Of a DNA stretch of 28,080 bases, positions 1-7,219 are shown piece after piece (the stretch's first letter is position 1; the number at the start of each line of letters is the position of its first letter). The notes below the pieces were generated by a model. The model made no database searches. It was not told the origin of the DNA and saw nothing but the letters and a program-made list of their open reading frames with translations. Position numbers and translations under genes: made by a program. This DNA is from a virus (Duplodnaviria; Caudoviricetes). The DNA lies in the IMG/VR virus record IMGVR_UViG_3300035396_000739, positions 1 to 28,080 of that record; one strand, given 5' to 3'.

Positions 1-66
1 ATAAGTTTATTTTTTAATTTGCGAGAAACATTCCCGACTTTATTATAAATAGTACAAAAAAATAAA

Positions 67-112
67 ACCCCACAATTTTTGAAACTTTTTTTAAAGTTTT
101 TTTTTGTGGGGT
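67..112. terminator. Hairpin terminator downstream of the antirepressor gene, possibly bidirectional
   Basis: ACCCCACAA (67-75) pairs with TTGTGGGGT (104-112), with inner AAACTTT/AAAGTTT and T tracts following on both strands. Confidence 0.6.
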
Positions 113-136
113 CTTTTTTAAAGTAAACAATGAAAA

Positions 137-1336
137 TTATAATAAAGGAATTTGGGGTAAGTAATCATTGTATTTATTCGTGAATAAACTTATGATAAAC
201 TTTTTTCCTTTGTTTGTCCAAAACATTTGATTAGAATATGACTTAGTTCCATCTTTTTTTTCTATCTCTACAGTATTTATATTAATGTAACCTAATCTGT
301 CGTATTTTGAATATAAAAAATATTTATTGCCCCTACGGAATTGTATTTTTTGACTACAAAGATATTTATTCAATTGATTAGCTGTTGTTCCTAAACCTTT
401 GGCAATCTCTGTAATACTAAAACTATCAGCACAATTCAAAACATTGTCGTGATATGCAACTTTTGGTTTGTTGAAATCATTTTCTAAAACTAATTTTTCT
501 CTTACTTTTTCTTCTTCAATCCAAATTTTAGCTCTTTCAATAGGATTATGTATTTGATAAGAAGGCAAAGCAAGTTGAAATGATTGTTTAGCAATTCCTT
601 CCATTTTAATAAAGTAATTTCTTATAGATTCTCCTTTTACTGTATGTTGTCGCATTGCAACTTTTTTTGCTGTATTTAAAGTCAATATAACATCTTCTTG
701 ATTATTTTTGTCAGTTCTTATGTATTTAACAAAATCCTCACCTTCTATTAAAAATTCATTGTTAGTTATATTTCTAAATAACCATTCTGTATAACGAGCT
801 TTAATTTCAAGTGTTGAATGTAAATCTCGTGCATTAACCATTTGTTCACCTTTGTCATTAGTTATAAATTCAAAATTAAGAGTTTCTTTTACTTCTGAAT
901 GTACAACTTCAGTTTTAACTTTGTTAAATTCAATGATAGTTTTTAATTGTTTTTGATATTCTTCACTCATAGCAAATATTCCTCTTTCCCAAGCTTGTAC
1001 AGTTGCTGGTGCAACATTTAATAATTCAGCAATATCTTTTTGTGAAAGACCAGCTTCAATTCTTGCATCTTTTAAATACTTATTTTTTTCTGTCATAGTG
1101 CCATACATCTCCTGTATGCCAGTGACAGTGGGGGTTGTAGAAAATGAAGGTATAGTTTCAATACATTTTTTTTTGTAAAATTCTCTAATTTTTACTTCAT
1201 TTTTTAATGAAGGTTTTGAAATACTATTAATCCAATTTTTAATAGATAGTTCTGATACCCCCAAATTTTTACTTAATACTAAATTACTCAATTTAGTTTC
1301 TTCTTTAATTTTTTTTAACAAATTTTCTACTTTCAT
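137..1336 (-). CDS. Phage antirepressor-like protein: two XRE HTH domains, AntA/AntB domain and KilAC (ANT) domain
   Basis: LSKNLGVSELSIKNW and LKDARIEAGLSQKDIAELLNVAPATVQAWERG (HTH); VNARDLHSTLEIKARYTEW...IRNYFIKME (AntA); KPKVAYHDNVL..SITEIAK...WTNKGKKFI (KilAC). Confidence 0.88.
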   Translation of the reverse strand: MKVENLLKKIKEETKLSNLVLSKNLGVSELSIKNWINSISKPSLKNEVKIREFYKKKCIETIPSFSTTPTVTGIQEMYGTMTEKNKYLKDARIEAGLSQKDIAELLNVAPATVQAWERGIFAMSEEYQKQLKTIIEFNKVKTEVVHSEVKETLNFEFITNDKGEQMVNARDLHSTLEIKARYTEWLFRNITNNEFLIEGEDFVKYIRTDKNNQEDVILTLNTAKKVAMRQHTVKGESIRNYFIKMEGIAKQSFQLALPSYQIHNPIERAKIWIEEEKVREKLVLENDFNKPKVAYHDNVLNCADSFSITEIAKGLGTTANQLNKYLCSQKIQFRRGNKYFLYSKYDRLGYININTVEIEKKDGTKSYSNQMFWTNKGKKFIISLFTNKYNDYLPQIPLL

Positions 1337-1361
1337 TATTTAAACATTTAAAATTTATATT

Positions 1362-1850
1362 TTATACGATTTCCTCGTGTTTTTGTTTCAACTCCTTTAA
1401 AGTTTTTTCAAGAAAAATTAAATATTCTAAAATTATATTTTCATTTTCATCTATTTCTTTTATCTCATCTTTTCGTAAATATGTAAAAAAGAAGGGAGTG
1501 CGGGGGTATAAATATATCTCGATAAAGGCATTTTGTCTTTTTCGAGAAGATTCATCAATTTTGTTATTTAAATTTTCGGCTATATCAACAATTGAAATAA
1601 AGTCATTTTTAAACGATTTAAAGGACTTTGATTTTTGCCTAAAGTATTTCTGTGTTTCGTTGTTGATGTGGCGAGAAATATCCCCCAATTTAGTTAGTTT
1701 GACAGTATTTGTTCTTTTGTCTTCTAGTTTAAAACTAATTGTTGAAATTATTGTATCAGAGTTTCTCTCGATGACTTCAAATTTCACATTAAAATTGTCT
1801 AACTCTAACTTGTAAAATAATTGTTTATTTTTTGCAGCTGTATTTATCAT
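1362..1850 (-). CDS. Hypothetical protein
   Basis: 162-aa ORF in the - strand operon with an A-rich initiation region; no recognisable motif. Confidence 0.65.
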   Translation of the reverse strand: MINTAAKNKQLFYKLELDNFNVKFEVIERNSDTIISTISFKLEDKRTNTVKLTKLGDISRHINNETQKYFRQKSKSFKSFKNDFISIVDIAENLNNKIDESSRKRQNAFIEIYLYPRTPFFFTYLRKDEIKEIDENENIILEYLIFLEKTLKELKQKHEEIV

Positions 1851-1864
1851 ATGTTTTAATTTTT

Positions 1865-1957
1865 ATGCCCCGTTGGCGGGGGCGATTATTATGTTCCGAT
1901 TATCCACATACTGGTTTTCGGAGATGGTTTCCTGATTCTGAAAATCGGATTGTGGCT
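1865..1957 (-). ncRNA. Candidate structured intergenic RNA/DNA element
   Basis: GC-rich island with hairpin CCCCG-TTGG-CGGGG (1868-1881) and pairings TCCGATT/AATCGGA, CCACA/TGTGG, TTTTCGGA/TCTGAAAA. Confidence 0.4.
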
Positions 1958-1964
1958 ATTTTTT

Positions 1965-3659
1965 TTAATTACAGTATTCTAATAATTCTTCTAATTCAAA
2001 ATTTAGTTCTTCTATTGTTTTTAGTTTATTATTTTGTATTCTGTTTAGTAATCTAAAAAAATCGAATTCTCTTATTTTATTTTTGTATGTAAGTAAAGTA
2101 TCTTCAATAGTATTTATTTGTTGTTTTACTATCGTTATATCAATTTTTTCAATTACATCTTCATAGTTAATTGGTGTGATTGATTGGGGGGCTGAAATCG
2201 TTTCTAATGAAGTTAAATACTCATTATATTTTTCATTCATTTCAAATTCTTTTTGTTCTTGTTCTTTTTTCACAATGTTCCAAACTTCTAACTCACTTAA
2301 AATTTCTTCTTGTTCATTATACTCTATTTGTTTTTCTTCTATATTCATAACTTCTTTTTTAATAGTTTTTCTTTCAATATGTTGTTTTAGTTTTTTCTTT
2401 TTTTCTTCTCTTACTTCGTTAAAATTTTCAAATTTAAAATGAGGAATAGTTTTAAAATGACTACAAATAATTTTAAAAGCCTTTTCTTTTTCTTCTTCTT
2501 TAACAATAAAAGAATCGTGAATAGTAACAACACTAATATTATTTTCTATTAAATCTTTACATATAACATCTAAAACTTTAAAAGCCTCTATTTTTTGTAA
2601 CATAATACTAAATTGATTATATCCATTTTTTTCTTTAAATGTATTAATATAATTATTTATTCCTTCAAATTCTTTTTTAAACATCATTTTTTCTTTTTGA
2701 TATGATGATGTTTTTGAGAATAATACACACATCATCATTTTTTTAATTTTATTTCTTTCGTTCAAATATTCATCTTTATTTAATATATTTTTGTTTTTAA
2801 TAAAATTATCATAAAACATTCCTTCACATACCCATTTTTCAAATTTACTGAGTTCTTTTTCATTAATTAAAAAAGCTTCTTTTAAACAAAAATCCCCCGA
2901 ATTATCTTTCTGATTATCAGAGCCCCCAATGGTGTTTGTACTAACATTATGGAGGATAGTATTATTTCTTATCTCTTTTATTATATTTAATAGAAATAGA
3001 GGTTGTGAGTTTGATATGTCTATTTGTGTGTAATTGTTATTGTTATAGAATTTAATATTTGAATTTAAGTTTGTTAAATTAGTGTCTAATCTATTGTTTG
3101 TTTTATTTCTGTGAAAATATAGTTCATTATTTTTAATTGAGTCTAAAGCTTTAAATTGAGCTACTCTTTCATTAATGTTGTTAATATTTTGTATATCATT
3201 CATTACTTCTTCTATTTGTATTTCTTTTACAAAATTTTTAAAATCTATTTTCATTTTTGAGAAATGTTCTGTTCTTGTTTTTGTTTTAAATTTATCTTTT
3301 TTAGAATTAAAAAAAGCAATTTTCTCTTTTTGAAATCTAATATTTTCAACTTCTATTTTTAAAACATTTGATTTTATTTCTTCACGTAATTTATAACCTT
3401 TACATTTTTTATCAATTTCATATTCATTGTCTATGAAAATAATTTTATTAGTTAATAAAAAATTTAAATGTGATTTATAATCGTGTGTTATATTTTGTAA
3501 CTTATGAGAAGGAACTAATACAAAATCATCTTCATCTCTTATTACAGATGTAAAATTAGATAATAACTCATATAAAATTTGATTGTCAAAATAAGATTGT
3601 TTTTCAATTTTAATTTTGTGTTCTTCTGTTACGTAATAATAAATACCTTTTTTTTTCAT
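1965..3659 (-). CDS. DNA polymerase A / T7-RNAP superfamily polymerase (TV-Pol-like), probable replication protein
   Basis: Motif A QIDISNSQP, motif B RNKIKKMMMCVLFS, motif C VTIHDSFIV; wHTH-like N-terminus; no exonuclease motifs seen. Confidence 0.7.
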   Translation of the reverse strand: MKKKGIYYYVTEEHKIKIEKQSYFDNQILYELLSNFTSVIRDEDDFVLVPSHKLQNITHDYKSHLNFLLTNKIIFIDNEYEIDKKCKGYKLREEIKSNVLKIEVENIRFQKEKIAFFNSKKDKFKTKTRTEHFSKMKIDFKNFVKEIQIEEVMNDIQNINNINERVAQFKALDSIKNNELYFHRNKTNNRLDTNLTNLNSNIKFYNNNNYTQIDISNSQPLFLLNIIKEIRNNTILHNVSTNTIGGSDNQKDNSGDFCLKEAFLINEKELSKFEKWVCEGMFYDNFIKNKNILNKDEYLNERNKIKKMMMCVLFSKTSSYQKEKMMFKKEFEGINNYINTFKEKNGYNQFSIMLQKIEAFKVLDVICKDLIENNISVVTIHDSFIVKEEEKEKAFKIICSHFKTIPHFKFENFNEVREEKKKKLKQHIERKTIKKEVMNIEEKQIEYNEQEEILSELEVWNIVKKEQEQKEFEMNEKYNEYLTSLETISAPQSITPINYEDVIEKIDITIVKQQINTIEDTLLTYKNKIREFDFFRLLNRIQNNKLKTIEELNFELEELLEYCN

Positions 3660-3661
3660 TA

Positions 3662-3741
3662 TCTCTGTTTTATTTAATTTATGTCGTCCCTTATTTCAGG
3701 GACAGAGACCCCCGTGGCCAAACGGGGGAACCCTTTTCGGT
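3662..3741 (-). promoter_or_regulatory. Structured 5' leader of the polymerase gene
   Basis: Hairpins CCCCCGT/ACGGGGG (3709-3728) and GTCCCT/AGGGAC (3686-3703); TCTCTGT/ACAGAGA stem reaching to 2 nt from the ATG. Confidence 0.5.
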
Positions 3742-3861
3742 GATTTATTCAATCACTTACATAAATAAATATAAACAAATTTAATAAAAAAATAAACAAA
3801 TACATAAAAAACTATACATTTAACAATTATTTAACATATGTAACTTTTTACATATATATAA

Positions 3862-3889
3862 GACAATTTTGTCCATTGGACAATTTTGT
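3862..3889. promoter_or_regulatory. Operator/iteron-like dyad
   Basis: GACAATTTTGT directly repeated (3862, 3879) around the perfect dyad TTGTCCA-T-TGGACAA. Confidence 0.4.
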
Positions 3890-4031
3890 ATTAATGGCAG
3901 TATTTTCAATTGTTTTTTTTCTTCCATATTTATTTGATTTTCAATGTTTTGTCCCAAAAGGCGGTAAATGTGTATATAAGAACTGTTTGTTTATTTAATT
4001 TAACACATATTAGAACTAAAAAAAATATTAA

Positions 4032-4098
4032 TTTTAACAGTATTGGGGCTATTCATTTTTCTAAAAATGAATGAATAGCCCCCACAATGTTGTTAAAA
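4032..4098. repeat. Long inverted repeat
   Basis: 13-bp perfect stem GGGGCTATTCATT (4045-4057)/AATGAATAGCCCC (4070-4082) plus outer TTTTAACA/TGTTAAAA. Confidence 0.85.
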
Positions 4099-4162
4099 AA
4101 AAACAAAGTGAAGCTGATGGAGCAGCTTTATTGCTCACGAATGTCGTTTATTCAATAAAAAA

Positions 4163-4232
4163 GCCCCACCCTTCCTAAAAAAAACCTTAAAAAACGATGA
4201 ATTTAATAAAAAATTTGGTTGGAGGGTGGGGC
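4163..4232. repeat. Inverted repeat with A-rich loop
   Basis: GCCCCACCCT (4163-4172)/AGGGTGGGGC (4223-4232). Confidence 0.8.
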
Positions 4233-4358
4233 AATATATAATTAAACAAAACTAAAAAAAAGAACGTATTTATATAATATACGAAAAAAAATAAAAAAAG
4301 TTTCAATAATTATACGATTTTTATTTTTTTTTAACTATTTATAAATAAATAAAAGATT

Positions 4359-4829
4359 ATGACTGAAAAAGAACGATTTGAACAAGCTGAAATTAATGAA
4401 AGAAGAAGATTTTATGATTTCGTAACTGCTTATAAACCAGAAATTTGTATTAAAAGTTTCACTCCCATTAATGGGAAAGATAGCTATGATGTTGCTGTTG
4501 TGAGTGGGGGAACAGAAATGTTGATTGAAATAAAATGTCGAGATTTCAATCATGACAAATTTGAAACAGCAATTCTAGAACGAAAAAAAATAAATAAAGT
4601 AAATGAAGTGTTAAATAAAATTAAACAAAAAAGTAATAAAGACATTCCTTTTTATTATTTTTCATTTTATAATGATAAATTGGCTATATTTGATGTGTTT
4701 AGTAAAGTATATGACGTTAAACAAATATTATGTCCCCATTCAACACTCGAAGATAATAACGATAAAGAATTGAAATGGTGTTATTTTTATTTAATTGAAG
4801 ATGCGGTTGAATTAATAAATTTAAAATAA
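4359..4829 (+). CDS. PD-(D/E)xK family nuclease-like protein
   Basis: SYDVAVV...LIEIKCR fits the D...ExK catalytic motif. Confidence 0.65.
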   Translation: MTEKERFEQAEINERRRFYDFVTAYKPEICIKSFTPINGKDSYDVAVVSGGTEMLIEIKCRDFNHDKFETAILERKKINKVNEVLNKIKQKSNKDIPFYYFSFYNDKLAIFDVFSKVYDVKQILCPHSTLEDNNDKELKWCYFYLIEDAVELINLK

Positions 4830-4830
4830 A

Positions 4831-5373
4831 ATGGAAGAAAACAAAAAACTGATAGATAAATACTATCAAAAAAATTACAGTAAACTTAAAGAGATTGCTG
4901 GTAATTGTTTAAAGAAAATAAGAATGTGTGATGAAGAATTACAGATAACTTTGGTTGGTGATGCTTATTGTTATTTAATTCAATTTGAACGTGTTTTTAA
5001 GGACGAGGGGGAGATGGAAAGTATTATTGTTAATTATATACTAAGACAAGTTATGTGGTCTAATACCCCCTTCAAAAAGCTTTATATTTATCCCCAATTT
5101 TTCACAGAAAAGTTTCATGACTTTAAAATGATTTATGAAGATGAAAAAGAAGAAAATGAAAAAAAAGAAACTAAAATAATTTGGCTTGAAGAATATTATA
5201 AAAAATTAGATTCGCCAAAGCAAATTCTTTTTGCCCTTATTTTTTTCGAAGGATATAATTCTTGTGATAAATTATCAACGTATTTAAAAATAACAAGGAA
5301 TGCTGCTTATATGATGAAAAAAAATATGTTGAAAGATATCAGGGATAAATATTCTAATAACAATAATTTATAA
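4831..5373 (+). CDS. Sigma70/ECF-like transcription factor
   Basis: 180 aa; region-2-like YYQKNYSKLKEIAGNCL...GDAYCYL; region-4-like KLDSPKQILFALIFFEGYNSCDKLSTYLKITRNAA; directly upstream of terminases. Confidence 0.62.
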   Translation: MEENKKLIDKYYQKNYSKLKEIAGNCLKKIRMCDEELQITLVGDAYCYLIQFERVFKDEGEMESIIVNYILRQVMWSNTPFKKLYIYPQFFTEKFHDFKMIYEDEKEENEKKETKIIWLEEYYKKLDSPKQILFALIFFEGYNSCDKLSTYLKITRNAAYMMKKNMLKDIRDKYSNNNNL

Positions 5374-5384
5374 TAAAACAAATT

Positions 5385-5783
5385 ATGATTAGTAAAAAGA
5401 AAGATATTTTAGCACACGATAAATTCGCAGACCATTATTCTGTTTACGAGAATGCCACACAAGCTTACCTTCATTGTTTTCCAAATGCATCATATGCAAC
5501 GGCTGGGACTGAGGGGGCTAAGTTGCTTAAACAACCTCATATTCAAGAGAAAATTGAACGTTTTAAAGAAGAATTCAAAATTAAATTTATGTACAGCAAA
5601 GAAAAAATGATTCAAGAATTGTTGGGTGCTGCTGCTGAAGCTCGTGCAATTTATCAATACAATGCTTATAATAATATTATGAATTCTGTTACAAAATTAT
5701 TAGACCTTGCCCCCAAAACAAGTTTAGATTTAACGAGTGGGGGAAAATCAATACAAATAAATTTAAATCTTGGTGATGAATAA
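5385..5783 (+). CDS. terS: Terminase small subunit
   Basis: KFADHY...NATQAY...A.TEGAKLLKQPHIQ.I signature; LDLTSGGKSI C-terminus; adjacent to TerL. Confidence 0.85.
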   Translation: MISKKKDILAHDKFADHYSVYENATQAYLHCFPNASYATAGTEGAKLLKQPHIQEKIERFKEEFKIKFMYSKEKMIQELLGAAAEARAIYQYNAYNNIMNSVTKLLDLAPKTSLDLTSGGKSIQINLNLGDE

Positions 5784-5808
5784 ATTTACCATTCTCAGTA
5801 TTTAATAG

Positions 5809-5816
5809 TATATTTG
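5809..5816 (+). promoter_or_regulatory. Bacteroidota sigma-A-type -7 element (TAnnTTTG)
   Basis: TATATTTG in the terS-terL intergenic gap; no clear -33 TTTG. Confidence 0.3.
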
Positions 5817-5839
5817 TATATTAAAAATTAAAAAATATA

Positions 5840-7180
5840 ATGGAAAAAAAAATAATTAATATTGCCCCCACCTTAACTTCTAAACAAAAACAAACTTTAA
5901 AAATACTATTAGATAATAAAAATGGTATAACTGAAGTCTTATATGGAGGTGCTGCAGGCGGGGGCAAAAGTTATTTAGGATGTTTATGGATAATTATAAT
6001 GTGTTTAAAATATCCTGAAACAAGATGGTTAATAGGTCGTTCAAAATTAACAACTTTGAAACAAACTACTTTAAAAACATTTTTTGAAGTAGCAAAAAAA
6101 CTTGGACTATCCGAAGAAGATTATAAATATAATCAACAAACAAATAATATAATATTTAAAAATGGTTCTGAAGTTATTTTAAAAGATTTATTTTCATATC
6201 CTTCTGACCCCGACTTCGATAGTCTGGGGTCGCTTGAATTAACAGGAGCATTCGTAGATGAGTGTCCCCAAATTTCATTAAAAGCAAAAAATATTGTTTC
6301 ATCTCGTATTCGTTATAAACTAGATGAAAATAATTTAATTCCAAAAATGTATCTTAGTTGCAACCCGTCAAAAGGCTGGACTTATAATGAATTTTATAAA
6401 AAGAAAAAAGATGGAACTTTAGAAATTTTTAAAGAATTTATTCAAGCATTTGTAACAGATAACAATTATATTTCTAAACACTATGTCGATAATTTGAATA
6501 AGTTAGATGAAATTTCAAAAGCTCGTTTATTGAGGGGGGAATGGGAATACTCCGATTCAACTTCCATTTTTGACTATGACTCGATAATTGAAATGTTTTT
6601 AAACTATAACCCCCCAACTTCTACCAAAAAATTTATAAGCGTTGACGTGGCCAGACTTGGAAAAGATAAAACTGTTATTTTAGTTTGGGAAGGATTTAAT
6701 ATAATAGATAAACTAATACTGTCAAAGAAAAATCTTGTTGCCCAAAAAGAAGAAATAGAAAAACTTAAAAAGAAATATAGTATTGGAAATGAGAATATTG
6801 TGTTAGATAGTGATGGTGTTGGAGGGGGTTTATGTGATATGATTGAGGGGTGTGTTCAAATAGTTAATAATTCAAAACCTATTGATGGGGATAATTATCA
6901 AAATCTTAAGACACAATTATATTTTAAACTGGCAGATAAAATAAATAATAAAGAAATAATTATTGAATGTTTCGATAACAATGAAGAAGCTTTGTTAACA
7001 CAAGAATTAGCTATCATTAAACGTACAAAAATAGATTTGGATGGTAAAGTATCAATGACATCAAAAGATATTGTTAAACAACAATTAGGCCGTTCCCCCG
7101 ACTTCTCTGATGCTTTGGCTTATAGAATGTATTTTGAATTAAAATCAAAAGAATGGGATTACGAATTTGACATTATATAA
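5840..7180 (+). CDS. terL: Terminase large subunit (PBSX/SPP1-like)
   Basis: Walker A YGGAAGGGKS, Walker B AFVDE, SCNP motif, nuclease VDVARLGKDKT and SPDFSDAL. Confidence 0.95.
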   Translation: MEKKIINIAPTLTSKQKQTLKILLDNKNGITEVLYGGAAGGGKSYLGCLWIIIMCLKYPETRWLIGRSKLTTLKQTTLKTFFEVAKKLGLSEEDYKYNQQTNNIIFKNGSEVILKDLFSYPSDPDFDSLGSLELTGAFVDECPQISLKAKNIVSSRIRYKLDENNLIPKMYLSCNPSKGWTYNEFYKKKKDGTLEIFKEFIQAFVTDNNYISKHYVDNLNKLDEISKARLLRGEWEYSDSTSIFDYDSIIEMFLNYNPPTSTKKFISVDVARLGKDKTVILVWEGFNIIDKLILSKKNLVAQKEEIEKLKKKYSIGNENIVLDSDGVGGGLCDMIEGCVQIVNNSKPIDGDNYQNLKTQLYFKLADKINNKEIIIECFDNNEEALLTQELAIIKRTKIDLDGKVSMTSKDIVKQQLGRSPDFSDALAYRMYFELKSKEWDYEFDII

Positions 7181-7209
7181 ACAAAACAAAGTAAAATATA
7201 ATTTATAAA
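7179..7209 (+). promoter_or_regulatory. Late promoter motif AAAC-N14-TATAATTTATAAA (copy 1)
   Basis: Identical motif and spacing at five late-gene starts. Confidence 0.75.
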
Positions 7210-7219
7210 TAAAAACAAT

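Noticed and set aside
1498-2442. + strand ORFs 1498-1815, 1832-2056 and 2176-2442
   Set aside because: Antisense shadows of - strand genes with F/S/L-rich composition
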